Positions 10,758 to 20,976 of a stretch of DNA of 64,000 nt are shown here, piece by piece. Made by a program: the position numbers and the translations under genes. Every line of letters begins with the position of its first letter. Position 1 is the first letter of the stretch. The notes beneath the pieces are model-generated. The model worked only from the letters and a program-made list of their open reading frames with translations, was not told where the DNA came from and did no database searches. This DNA is from Candidatus Pacearchaeota archaeon. GTDB taxonomy: Archaea > Nanobdellota > Nanobdellia > UBA10117 > JAFCGI01. The stretch spans positions 74,651 to 138,650 of the forward strand of contig JAFCGI010000001.1 of NCBI GenBank assembly GCA_017608235.1, written 5' to 3'.

Positions 10758-11435
10758 ATGAAAATAAGTTTTATTATACCTTCACTTAATGAAGAGAAAG
10801 CAATTGGAAAAGTAATTGATGAGATTAAATCTCTTAATTTTAAATCATCAAGTTATGAAATATTAATAATTGATGGTAATAGTGTGGATAATACTAGACA
10901 AATTGCAAAATCTAAAGGAGCCAAGGTTATTATTGAAGCTAGAAAAGGTTATGGTAGAGCATATAAGACTGGTTTTAAAGAAGCTAAAGGAGATATAATA
11001 ATTACAGGTGATGCAGATTGTACATATCCTTTTAAAGATTCTAAAAAATTTATAATGCTGTTAAATAAAAATAATTTGGAATTTATTACCACAAATAGGT
11101 TTTTCTATATGGATAAAAAAGCTATGTCATTATCACATAAATTTGGTAATTTTATTTTAACTTTTGTTTTAAGAGCACTTTTTTTCTTGAATATTAAGGA
11201 TTCTCAAAGTGGAATGTGGATTTTTAAAAAGGAAATATTAAATGATTTAAATTTAACATCAGATGGCATGCCTTTAAGTGAAGAAATTAAAATTGAAGCT
11301 TTTTCTAAAGTAGTATCTAAAGAAATACCAATAATATATAGAGCTAGGGAAGGAGATGTAAAGTTAAATACGCTGAGAGATGGTGCCTTAAATTTATTTT
11401 TTTTATTTAAGAAACGATTTTTATTAAGAAAATAA
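10758..11435 (+). CDS. GT2 polyprenol-phosphate glycosyltransferase (DPM1-like)
   Basis: IIPSLNEE, IDGNSVDNT, GYGRA, DADCTY, DSQSG. Confidence 0.9.
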   Translation: MKISFIIPSLNEEKAIGKVIDEIKSLNFKSSSYEILIIDGNSVDNTRQIAKSKGAKVIIEARKGYGRAYKTGFKEAKGDIIITGDADCTYPFKDSKKFIMLLNKNNLEFITTNRFFYMDKKAMSLSHKFGNFILTFVLRALFFLNIKDSQSGMWIFKKEILNDLNLTSDGMPLSEEIKIEAFSKVVSKEIPIIYRAREGDVKLNTLRDGALNLFFLFKKRFLLRK

Positions 11436-11438
11436 TTA

Positions 11439-11771
11439 TTATTTTTCCTTATTTTTTAATATTGCTATATTTCGTACTATTTTTGTTATATCTTGGTTAG
11501 TTTTTTCTACTTTGACATATGTTTGAAAGATTAAATAAAATAATATTACAATACTACAATATACTATTAGATCTGTAGCTCTAGTAACGCCAGCAATATT
11601 TGCAGCAGCAGTTATTGGTCCAGTAAATATGGATATTGTGATTACAGATATCCAAAAAAGAGCCCATGTTAAAAATTCATTTTTTTTAATTTCTTTTTTT
11701 TTAAATTTTAAAAGTACTGAACTATATGCGAATGATGCAAATATTATTAAAAATAATTGTATGATTTCCAT
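11439..11771 (-). CDS. DUF2304-like small membrane protein (GT2 partner)
   Basis: 3 TM segments, G..R..D motif, C-terminal ITKIVRNIA; coupled to the upstream GT2. Confidence 0.75.
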   Translation of the reverse strand: MEIIQLFLIIFASFAYSSVLLKFKKKEIKKNEFLTWALFWISVITISIFTGPITAAANIAGVTRATDLIVYCSIVILFYLIFQTYVKVEKTNQDITKIVRNIAILKNKEK

Positions 11772-12454
11772 TATGAAATTATTCCTCTGATTATCATTTT
11801 AAATAAGATACGAAATGCATTTAAAGTGCTCTGTCCATGTTGTTTTGAATATTTAGTATATTCTATAGTTACTGGAATTTCTTTATATTTTAATTTATGT
11901 TTTGTAATTTCAGATATTATTTCAGATGCATGTTCCATTCCATCAGATTTGATATTTATTTTTTCAGCAGCATATTTTGAAATTGCTCTAAGACCATTAT
12001 GGGAATCAGTTAGTTTTATCTTATTTGTTTTACTTAAAAGAAATGCTCCTGCTTTTAGAAATATTTTACGGATTAAAGGGGTATTTGACTTTTTGTTTTT
12101 AAATCTTGTACCTAAACTAATTTCTACTTCTTTTTTAATTATTGGTGTTACTAATAATTTTATATCAGATGCTTTATGTTGACCATCAGCATCGAAAGTT
12201 ACTATTATATCTGCACCTTTTTTTAATGCAAACTTTATACCTGTTTGTAATGCTGCACCTTGACCTCTGTTAATTATATGTTTTAAAGTAAATACTTTTC
12301 TTTTTTTAGCTAAATCATATGTATTGTCTGATGAACCATCATCTACTACTATTATGTTTTTATAATTATGTTTTTGTAAGTCTGATATTACTTTTTTTAT
12401 TTTTTTAGATTCATTATATGCAGCTATTACTATGAATATTTTATTTTTTTCCAT
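11771..12454 (-). CDS. GT2 polyprenol-phosphate glycosyltransferase
   Basis: VIAAYNE, VDDGSSDNT, NRGQGAAL, TFDADGQH, TDSHNG. Confidence 0.92.
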   Translation of the reverse strand: MEKNKIFIVIAAYNESKKIKKVISDLQKHNYKNIIVVDDGSSDNTYDLAKKRKVFTLKHIINRGQGAALQTGIKFALKKGADIIVTFDADGQHKASDIKLLVTPIIKKEVEISLGTRFKNKKSNTPLIRKIFLKAGAFLLSKTNKIKLTDSHNGLRAISKYAAEKINIKSDGMEHASEIISEITKHKLKYKEIPVTIEYTKYSKQHGQSTLNAFRILFKMIIRGIIS

Positions 12455-12468
12455 TTTTTAATAAAAAA

Positions 12469-15072
12469 TTAAATTATATAATTTTCTTCAAATTCTTTTG
12501 ATGTAGAAGCCAAAAAGATTGGATCTTCTCTTATATCTTCTGGATAATTTAATTTCCAAATCCTTATTGGACCTATTAAATTACCATTATATATTGCAAG
12601 AGGTAGCTTATCATTATATACCTCTTCAAATTCTGAATAAGTATTATTTAATATGTAAAGTCGTGTGAATAAAGTATCTTTAGTTTTTTCAGATAGGTAA
12701 AATATTGTACCTTCATTATTTATTGTATTTTGATTTGATATTAAAGGTGCTAATTTGATACACCCTCCAATATTACTTGTTATATTAAATTCTTGTTTTT
12801 TGTTTTTTTCATATATACAAGAAATTGGTTCTTCTATTTGTTTTTTATTATAATATATTACTGCAATAGGAGGTTCTGCTATTTTGTTATTTTTATCTCT
12901 AGTTAGTATAAATCCTGCAATTGCTGCCTGTTTTTCTGGAATTATAGCTTTATTGATGGTTATGTCTTTGTCAAGCATCCATCCACCAGTATAGATTTGC
13001 TTTGTTCCATTTCTTACTTCTTTTTCTTCATTTAATGTAAATATTCCTATGGTAGATTCTCTATCAGAGTTTTTGTCTGACCCTAGATAAGAGAATGCAT
13101 GATATTTTCCTATTTCCTCTTTTGAAAATAGTAAATAAGATGTATTATGGCTTTTGAAGTAAGTAAGTGCATTATTGTTATTTATAGCAGTCATTCCATA
13201 TCTTGCTAATGTATAAATCATATAATCTCCACCAGGTTTTCCACCATCTTGTATAGATGCTCTTTCTCCTACTGCTTGGGTCCAGTATCCATAATCCCAC
13301 CAATGTGCAATTATTGAATCTTCTGGAGTGTTAGTTCTGATAAATGTCATTGAGTTATCCCATTGACCTGGTAATCCTGAACCACTATAGCTTGCCTGAA
13401 CAGTACTAGCTTGTCCTATAGTAAAAATTAAGAAAAGAGCTATAATATAGGGAATAGTTGCAGTAATTTTTATTTCGCTTTTATATAATGAATTAGCTAT
13501 AAAATAAATAGTAAATCCAGTAGTTAAGCAAATAAATGGTGCTGCTACAAATGGAAACCTTGCTGCACTTCTTGCTAAATATGCAGATATGAGTATTGCT
13601 ATTAAAGGTAGCAAGTATATTGCTTTTTCTTTATTTATTTGTTTTCTTATTCCAATATATGAAATTAATATTATTGCTACTGAAATTAATTGTATTTCTT
13701 TTGATATATTTGTGAATATAGCTATTGTAGCTAATATAGAAATTATGGAGTTAGTAATTAGCATATATTTTTTATTTTCTATTAAGAGATAGTTTAGTAT
13801 TATTATGCTTAATAAAGCTAAGATAAGAATCCAAGAGAATTCACCCCAAATATTTCTACTACCTCCAATAATTTCGGCAGTTGTAAAAGATACTTTTGAT
13901 GATCCTGCAGGATTTAAAAAAGAAGTTAATAAATTTTTATAATTTTTAAATATTAAGGGAAATCCAATAAATATAGCTATTGGTATAGCAAATAAAGGGT
14001 TCTGTATTTTATCAAATTTTGAAATATTAGTTTTGTTTGATAAATAGATAAGCAATGTATTAATTATGATTAAAAATATAGAAAATATAGGTAATATTAC
14101 TGCAAGATTTGCTAAAGAGAATTTGTAAATAATTATTAATGGAAGATATCCTAACGTCCAGGCTAAGATACCAAAAAAATATTTTTTATTTGTATTTTCT
14201 AATAGAAAATCTATAATTATAAATATAGATATGATAATTATTAATATTAAGAATCCACTCCATAGTAAACCTGCAAATGCAGCAATTATTCCTGAAAGAA
14301 ATCCAAATGTTATTTTGTTTTTAAGATTCAATTCTTTTCTAAATTTGACAAAAAACCAAAGTGAAGCAAATATAAATAACATACAAATTGCTTCGTGATC
14401 AGCAAAGCCAGCCATGTTTCTGTAAAGATATGCTGGAACTACTGCTAGAAATGCTGTAGAAATTATGGCTGATTTTTCATTGAATATTTCCTTTACTAAT
14501 AAGAAGAAAAATATTAAGCCTATTGTGGATATAATTGGAGGATAAATAATATGTGCAAATATTCTTTCTGTATTAGGTGAAATTAGGTGAACAAATTTAT
14601 ACCAATATGCTAAAAAATAAGGAAATAAATCATGATTTCCAAGATAGCTAACGCCTATAGGTGCATTTCTAAATATATCTAGACTTGGAAGGTTGCCCTG
14701 TTCCAAAATAAATCCAGATAATCTATAAAAATGATATGGATCTAATCCTAAAAGATATTTTCCTTGTAAGTTTTCTAAGTTTCGCGTTCTTATGAATAGA
14801 TTAAGTAATAAAATTGGAATTAATAATAAATAATATATAAAATTGTTTTTGAAGATTGTTTTGATATTTTCTATCTTTTTAAAATCTATTTCAAAATCAT
14901 CTAATTCTTTATTTTGAGAATCTATAGGTTTTTTAATTTCTTCAGTTTCTTTTTTTTCTATTTTTGGTTCTGTTTTTGGTTCTGTTTTTGATCCTAAGGA
15001 GGATGTTTTTTTCTTTATAGAAATAGGATTTATTTCATTTAGTGTGTTTTTTAGTTTATCCTTGAAACTCAT
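12469..15072 (-). CDS. aglB: Oligosaccharyltransferase AglB (STT3 family)
   Basis: DPY, GFADHE, TTAE, WWDYG, QDGG and DK-like EEIGK motifs; about 13 TM segments. Confidence 0.95.
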   Translation of the reverse strand: MSFKDKLKNTLNEINPISIKKKTSSLGSKTEPKTEPKIEKKETEEIKKPIDSQNKELDDFEIDFKKIENIKTIFKNNFIYYLLLIPILLLNLFIRTRNLENLQGKYLLGLDPYHFYRLSGFILEQGNLPSLDIFRNAPIGVSYLGNHDLFPYFLAYWYKFVHLISPNTERIFAHIIYPPIISTIGLIFFFLLVKEIFNEKSAIISTAFLAVVPAYLYRNMAGFADHEAICMLFIFASLWFFVKFRKELNLKNKITFGFLSGIIAAFAGLLWSGFLILIIIISIFIIIDFLLENTNKKYFFGILAWTLGYLPLIIIYKFSLANLAVILPIFSIFLIIINTLLIYLSNKTNISKFDKIQNPLFAIPIAIFIGFPLIFKNYKNLLTSFLNPAGSSKVSFTTAEIIGGSRNIWGEFSWILILALLSIIILNYLLIENKKYMLITNSIISILATIAIFTNISKEIQLISVAIILISYIGIRKQINKEKAIYLLPLIAILISAYLARSAARFPFVAAPFICLTTGFTIYFIANSLYKSEIKITATIPYIIALFLIFTIGQASTVQASYSGSGLPGQWDNSMTFIRTNTPEDSIIAHWWDYGYWTQAVGERASIQDGGKPGGDYMIYTLARYGMTAINNNNALTYFKSHNTSYLLFSKEEIGKYHAFSYLGSDKNSDRESTIGIFTLNEEKEVRNGTKQIYTGGWMLDKDITINKAIIPEKQAAIAGFILTRDKNNKIAEPPIAVIYYNKKQIEEPISCIYEKNKKQEFNITSNIGGCIKLAPLISNQNTINNEGTIFYLSEKTKDTLFTRLYILNNTYSEFEEVYNDKLPLAIYNGNLIGPIRIWKLNYPEDIREDPIFLASTSKEFEENYII

Positions 15073-15172
15073 ACTATTTTGGAATAAGAATAAGATATTA
15101 AAAGCTTATTAAAGTCCAATAAATGATAAGATTATGAAAAAGTATTAAAGGTTTTCTAATTAGATTTATTAT

Positions 15173-15830
15173 ATGGGCGTTGTATTTATTATACCTACAT
15201 TAAATGAGGAAAAAGGAATAGCAGAAGTAATAAATCAATGTAAGTCTTTAATGGTAAAAAATTCTTCAATTTTGGTAGTAGATGGTAATTCTAAAGATAG
15301 AACTGTTAATATAGCTAAAAATAATGGTGTCAGAATTTTGATTCAAAAGGGAAAAGGAAAAGGTAATGGTTTGCGACAAGCAGTTGATATTCTTAAAAAT
15401 GAAGATATAGTTGTCATGGTTGATGTAGATAATACTTATTCATTGAATAGAGTTAAGGAAATGATATCTTTAGTTAGGGGATGATTGTCTTGTACAAGGC
15501 AATAGGATTTTTGATAAGTCATCAATGACGTTGTTGAATTAGTTTGGGAATATTTTTTTTGATATGTTAGTAGTATTATTATATAGAAAGCGCGTTTGTG
15601 ATTTATTAACTGGATTAAGGGTATTTAAAGTAAAAACTTTCAAGTTTTTGAATCTTAAGTCTAAGGGATTTGATATTGAGACAGAAATGACATTAAAAGC
15701 TATAAAAAAAGGGATAAAAATAATAGAAATTCCTTGTAAATATAAAGAAAGACTTGGAGAAACAAAATTAAATCCTTTGAAAGATGGGTTTCTTATACTC
15801 ATAAGAATATTTAGTATGTGTATTAGTTAA
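15173..15830 (+). pseudogene. Disrupted GT2 glycosyltransferase
   Basis: N-half IPTLNEE/VDGNSKD/DVDNTY, frameshift at the GGGG run (15477-15480), in-frame TAG at 15540-15542, then C-half DLLTG..GFDIETE..YKERLGETKL. Confidence 0.85.
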
Positions 15831-17664
15831 TATTGAATTTATATAATTTTGCGATTTCTTGATCTTCTGAAGTGTAATCCCAAACCTTATCTAAGTAAGG
15901 ATTTAGATTAGGATTCCATGGATGTGTGGAATTATAATAATTTACTGGAGATATAAAAATCAATTTAAATATTTTATAATTTTCTCCTTTCATTGCAGGA
16001 TCTACCCATGTATTTTCAACAAAATAACTTATATTATTTTCTTGTAGTATTTTTTCTTTTTCTTCAGAATAAAACATTATTAATGGATCAAACCAGCCAG
16101 TTACTCTTCCATTTTTATTAGTATAATATTCTGATTCTATCCAATAATAATCCCAATATAAATAACTAATGTTATATTGTTTAATTAATTCTTTTTTATA
16201 TTCTGTATTATTTCCATAGAGGATTATTGCTTGAGCTAGTTCTCTTGAGTCCATATCTAAGAAAGGATCGTTTTGTGCTCTTCTACATGTTAAAAGTTTT
16301 CTTCCGGTTAATGCATTAACTGCAAAACCAATTTCTTTTGTAGTAAGGATTACATCGTTAACATTACTTTCTTTAACTAAATATTTTTCTAAATTTACTA
16401 ATTGTGCTGGTAATTCATTTTTTCCAGCATTGTACCATACATCATTTATTCTTTGTTGGTATGCTTGGCTCTGACCTAATAATAAGATTAGAATTATTAA
16501 CAAGAAATATAGCTTTTTTGGAATTTTTGATTTTTTAATTATAGAATAACTAAATTTTAATCCGAATATTGTTAAAAGTACTAAAATAGGTGTTAATAAT
16601 AATGTTGCAATATAATTTGGTATAAAATCAAAATCAAATAAATTTCTAGTTATTAAGTAATGAAATGTTATAATGAATGCTGAAACTGTTAAAAAATATA
16701 TATGACTTTGTTCACTAGTTTTTTCATGATCTTTTTTTATTAATAATAGACCAGTAATTCCAAATAATCCAAAAATAGATATTAGCGTAGATCTAATACT
16801 AGAGATATTAAAGAAAGAATTTTTTAATGTGCTAAATAAAAAGCTAATTTGCAATCTTATATCAGCCCAATTTTGGTTATTCCAATCATTATAGTAAAGA
16901 GAAGTATGGCCGTGATAGATAAAAAGAGGTTTATACCACCATAATAATGCTATAGGAATTCCGATTAAAAGGACAAGACTATATGCAAAAAATTCTTTTT
17001 TGATTTTATTAAAATTTATTTTCTTTTCTTTAATATTTATGTTTTGAAATAAGGTATAGTAAATAAATGCTCCAGTAAATAGTAATGAAGCAGATATAAA
17101 TGCTATACTATGTGTTAGTCCAAGTAAACCATAAATTATTCCTAGCTTTATAATATTTTTAATATTTTTTTTAATAATAAAATCATATATTGATAAGAGA
17201 AATAGAGGCATCATTAATATATATGCAAAATCAGTATATTTTAGAATAGGCATTTTAGCTGCGGAAATAAAAATTAAACAAGCTATTAGGGCAAGTTCAT
17301 TATCTTTAAATATTTTTTTTGTTAAAAAGAAAAATATAATAGCTGAAAATAAGATTATTATGTATGAAAAAAAAAATTCTGTTGTTATAGCATCTAATTC
17401 TAAGAATTTAGAAAGATTTCCAGTTATTGTAGAATATAATACAAAATAAATAGGTAACGATCCCTTTATATTTGGTGATTTTAAAGGACTTCCTCCATAT
17501 TTTACGTGATTGGTTGTACCTAGTTGATGATAGTAATCTCCTCCATAAATTGGTGAGGGTAATGAGATTAATGGATTTATGATTAAGTGGTGTATAATTA
17601 GGAAAAATAATATTATAGAAAATATTGTTATATAAGTTCTTTTTTTTTCGATTATTTGATTCAT
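15823..17664 (-). CDS. Polytopic membrane protein, GT-C-like; paralogue of 7493-9352
   Basis: LPSPIYGGDYY, ALTGRK, YLYWDYYWIESEY and PWNPNLNPYL are shared with the paralogue. Confidence 0.55.
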   Translation of the reverse strand: MNQIIEKKRTYITIFSIILFFLIIHHLIINPLISLPSPIYGGDYYHQLGTTNHVKYGGSPLKSPNIKGSLPIYFVLYSTITGNLSKFLELDAITTEFFFSYIIILFSAIIFFFLTKKIFKDNELALIACLIFISAAKMPILKYTDFAYILMMPLFLLSIYDFIIKKNIKNIIKLGIIYGLLGLTHSIAFISASLLFTGAFIYYTLFQNINIKEKKINFNKIKKEFFAYSLVLLIGIPIALLWWYKPLFIYHGHTSLYYNDWNNQNWADIRLQISFLFSTLKNSFFNISSIRSTLISIFGLFGITGLLLIKKDHEKTSEQSHIYFLTVSAFIITFHYLITRNLFDFDFIPNYIATLLLTPILVLLTIFGLKFSYSIIKKSKIPKKLYFLLIILILLLGQSQAYQQRINDVWYNAGKNELPAQLVNLEKYLVKESNVNDVILTTKEIGFAVNALTGRKLLTCRRAQNDPFLDMDSRELAQAIILYGNNTEYKKELIKQYNISYLYWDYYWIESEYYTNKNGRVTGWFDPLIMFYSEEKEKILQENNISYFVENTWVDPAMKGENYKIFKLIFISPVNYYNSTHPWNPNLNPYLDKVWDYTSEDQEIAKLYKFNIN

Positions 17665-17710
17665 TTTTATATATTATCTATTTCTTTTAATATTTCTATT
17701 TTATCATAAT

Positions 17711-18307
17711 TTATTTTTTACAAATAGCAGCTTGGTTTAAACCAAATTGAAAGTATTCATATTTTATTATTTTAAAATTTGCTGCTTTTAGTACTTTAAA
17801 TAATTTTTTTTTATTATAGTAGAGTTTATGATCAAAAATTTCTTTTTTATTGAAAATTCCAAATTTAGCTCCAAATTCTAAAATAGGTTTTGATTTTGGT
17901 GATGGTGTTGTTAGTAATAATGTTCCATTTTTCTTTAAAATCCTATGCATTTCAGAAAGAATATTTGTTGGATTTACTATATGTTCGATTACAGCAAGCA
18001 TTACTATAATATCTATAGAATTATTTTTCAGAGGAATTTTATTTTTTGTTATATCTATATTAAAAAAGACAAGGTTGTCTTGTCTATGATTATTGACTTC
18101 TAGATCAATTCCATAACCTTTTTTAATTTTTTTCTTTAGAGTTTTTAATAATTTAAAACGATAACTGCAACCTACATCTAATAAAATTGAGTTTTTTGGA
18201 ATATATTTTTTAATTTTATTTAATCTTATATTTTCTAAAATTATATCTACAAAATTTACTTTTTTTATTACTTTGAATTTTTTTTTATTTGTTTTTTTCC
18301 AGAACAT
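17711..18307 (-). CDS. Class I SAM-dependent methyltransferase
   Basis: LLDVGC, GIDL, LAVIEH, RILKKNGTLLLTTP. Confidence 0.88.
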   Translation of the reverse strand: MFWKKTNKKKFKVIKKVNFVDIILENIRLNKIKKYIPKNSILLDVGCSYRFKLLKTLKKKIKKGYGIDLEVNNHRQDNLVFFNIDITKNKIPLKNNSIDIIVMLAVIEHIVNPTNILSEMHRILKKNGTLLLTTPSPKSKPILEFGAKFGIFNKKEIFDHKLYYNKKKLFKVLKAANFKIIKYEYFQFGLNQAAICKK

Positions 18308-18357
18308 ATTTAGTATTGGAATAATAATAAGATATTAAAAGATTGTGCAAGTTTAAT

Positions 18358-19206
18358 TTATATTATTTTTATTAATGGAGAGATGTTTGATTCTATTATA
18401 GCTGAGATTATTAGAACTAATATTGCTAGAAGGGTTAGTTTTGCTGCGTCTAAGAGAGTGATTTTGAATTTTTCTGAATTAAATTCATGAGCAATCACCC
18501 CTACAGATATCATTCCTCCAGCAAGCCCGCCAAGGAAGTAAGCAGTTATCTCTGGAATACCATGAATCATATATCTTAATAATCCTAGTGAGATTGCGCT
18601 GAAATATCCAGATACTGCAACTGCCCCAGTTATTGAAGCATAAGTTGCTATAGTAGATCTTATTGCGTTTCCTATTGCTGCAGCTATAACAGATGCGTTC
18701 CATGTAAGTATAAATATTGCACCTGCCCCATATATGAATGAAAACAATATACTGAATGCTAAAACTCGTAGATTATTTAGCAGAATTCTTTGAGTATATG
18801 TTGATGAAGCTATTGCGCCAGATGTTACTGCTATGTTTATTTGTTTTATTGTTGATATTTGGCTGCTAAATAAGAGTCTTACTGTATCTTCAGGTAAGAG
18901 TACAAACCAAGCAACAAATGAAATTACTAACCCAAGAAATAAGAATATAAAGAATGGAATAGCGCGCTCATGAGCTTCTATGTCTCCTTTGTATACATCT
19001 TCTTTATATTTTTCAAATTTAATCATATTGATCATTATTGGAATGCAAGCAGATACAGTTAGAAATACCATTACTATGCTAGCATGTGAGGGGAAAACCC
19101 ATAAAGCTAGGAATACTCCTATTGTAGAATAAAGAATTGCTAGAAGTAGTATATTTAATGGTTTTCTTTCTGCTAATTTTATAGGTAGGAGCGACTCTAA
19201 GACCAT
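18358..19206 (-). CDS. SpoIIM/DUF95-like membrane protein
   Basis: ILLNN, ILTWNA, HGIPEI, SAIIES motifs. Confidence 0.75.
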   Translation of the reverse strand: MVLESLLPIKLAERKPLNILLLAILYSTIGVFLALWVFPSHASIVMVFLTVSACIPIMINMIKFEKYKEDVYKGDIEAHERAIPFFIFLFLGLVISFVAWFVLLPEDTVRLLFSSQISTIKQINIAVTSGAIASSTYTQRILLNNLRVLAFSILFSFIYGAGAIFILTWNASVIAAAIGNAIRSTIATYASITGAVAVSGYFSAISLGLLRYMIHGIPEITAYFLGGLAGGMISVGVIAHEFNSEKFKITLLDAAKLTLLAILVLIISAIIESNISPLIKII

Positions 19207-19440
19207 TTTTTATTTAGTTTTTCCTATTTTTTCTTTAAACAATGTTTTAGTTTTTAGATTATAGCTATAAATAAAACTTTGTTTCTATTTAAATATAAGG
19301 GTTCTATTGAGTTCTATTGAAAGTCGTTTATAATTAGTTCTATTTCTTAAAATTCTTAAGTTATTTTCTATAGAAATTTTGTATGTTGAGATTTTGCTTT
19401 TTTATATGGTTTAAAAATTTCTGAATCTTAATTGGATGAT

Positions 19441-20976
19441 TTACTTTAGCAGAATTTCTATGATTTTTGCATATGCTGGACGTGTTAAGAATACACCAAT
19501 GGTTACTCCTATTGTTGTTGTGATAGCAAATCCTTTTAGTAAACCTGCACCCATCATCCATAGCGGAGCAAGAGCAACAACTGTTGTGAAATATGCAGCC
19601 ATTATGATGAAGAAAGCTTTCTTTATTTTTTCTTTCCAACTGCCAAATGCGGTTTCTCCTCGTAGTATTTCATCTGTTATGACTATTTGAGAATCTACAC
19701 CAGTTCCTACTGCTGCAAGTATTCCTGCTATTGCAGCTAAGTCTAGATTCCATTTTATTAAAGAAGCAACTCCAAAAATTATTATTATTTCACTTAAACC
19801 TGTTAGAATAACTGGCAGAGCGATTTTTAGTTTTCTGTATCTTATAAATATTACAGATGCTACAGCAAGTATTGCTACTATTATAGCCATTATAGCAGAT
19901 TTGAAAAATTCTTCTCCTAGTTTTGGAGAAATTATATCAAGTTTAGCTATGTTGAGCTTTACTGGTAAGGATCCAGTGATTAGAACAGTTTGAAGTTTTT
20001 TCATATTAGTTAAGCCATTGTTTATTGCTTCTTCTCTTGTTCTACCAGTGCCAGATCCTTGTATTACAAAAGATGTTAATTCTTGTCCTTTTAGGTTTTC
20101 AGAGATAAATAAACTATCTACTAGTGCATTATCTAAATAGAGATCTAATTTTTTATCTAGATATCGTTCATTGCCTTCTAAAATTGTGCCAAGTTTACCT
20201 GTTACTTCAGCATGGGTTTTTGCAGATTCTGGACTTACATCTACTTGGAATTGGAATCTACAAGCCCATCCATCTTCGAATTGATCACAACTTCTTATTC
20301 CAGAACAATCTCCAGATCTACATACATATTTTATGTCTGTTCCACCATGAAATACAGTATCATTACCAATTTTTGCTTCGAATTTTCCTTGCTTTTCTAA
20401 AAGATTGATTACTTCTTCTTTGTTTGCACCTGCGATTTCAGTTAGTATGTAAATATTTCCCTCTAGATCTTTGACTTCTCTTACATTTATGTCAGATAAT
20501 CCATATACATTAAGTCTCTTTTTTGTTATTGTGATTATATCTTGAGTTTGCTGTTCAGTTATGGTTTCTTCTGGTTGTAATAGTATTCTGACTCCTCCAG
20601 CAAGATCTAAACCTTTTCTTAGGTTGGAGGTTGGAACTTCCCCTACCTGAATTCCTGTATAAATAGTTCCATTGTAATCTTCAATAAGAATAGAATATTC
20701 TGCTTTGTTTGTTTTTATTTTTGTGATTTCATTTGGAGCTAGAGAAGATATTTTTGAAGAATAATCTTGGGTGCTTAGAACTTTTTCATTGTTTATTTCC
20801 AATATTATTTCTCCAGTGGTTAAGCCGTTTGCTTCTGCACTGCTGTTTTTGTCAATGGTTTTTATTAGAGCGCCGCTTGTATCTAGCTTTGGATTTATAG
20901 CTACTATAGCCATTATTACAAATATAATTAGAATAATTATTCTCCAAGATGTGAATATTTCTTTTAATTTATTCAT
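19441..20976 (-). CDS. secD: Protein translocase subunit SecD with N-terminal PDZ-like domain
   Basis: GLDLAGG, GSLP, AGILAAVGTGVDSQIVITDE, GFAITT. Confidence 0.93.
   Translation of the reverse strand: MNKLKEIFTSWRIIILIIFVIMAIVAINPKLDTSGALIKTIDKNSSAEANGLTTGEIILEINNEKVLSTQDYSSKISSLAPNEITKIKTNKAEYSILIEDYNGTIYTGIQVGEVPTSNLRKGLDLAGGVRILLQPEETITEQQTQDIITITKKRLNVYGLSDINVREVKDLEGNIYILTEIAGANKEEVINLLEKQGKFEAKIGNDTVFHGGTDIKYVCRSGDCSGIRSCDQFEDGWACRFQFQVDVSPESAKTHAEVTGKLGTILEGNERYLDKKLDLYLDNALVDSLFISENLKGQELTSFVIQGSGTGRTREEAINNGLTNMKKLQTVLITGSLPVKLNIAKLDIISPKLGEEFFKSAIMAIIVAILAVASVIFIRYRKLKIALPVILTGLSEIIIIFGVASLIKWNLDLAAIAGILAAVGTGVDSQIVITDEILRGETAFGSWKEKIKKAFFIIMAAYFTTVVALAPLWMMGAGLLKGFAITTTIGVTIGVFLTRPAYAKIIEILLK

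Noticed and set aside
15540-15542. TAG readthrough (pyrrolysine or recoding) in the GT2 gene
   Set aside because: The gene also has a frameshift, and TAG serves as a normal stop elsewhere (e.g. dnaG, aspS)
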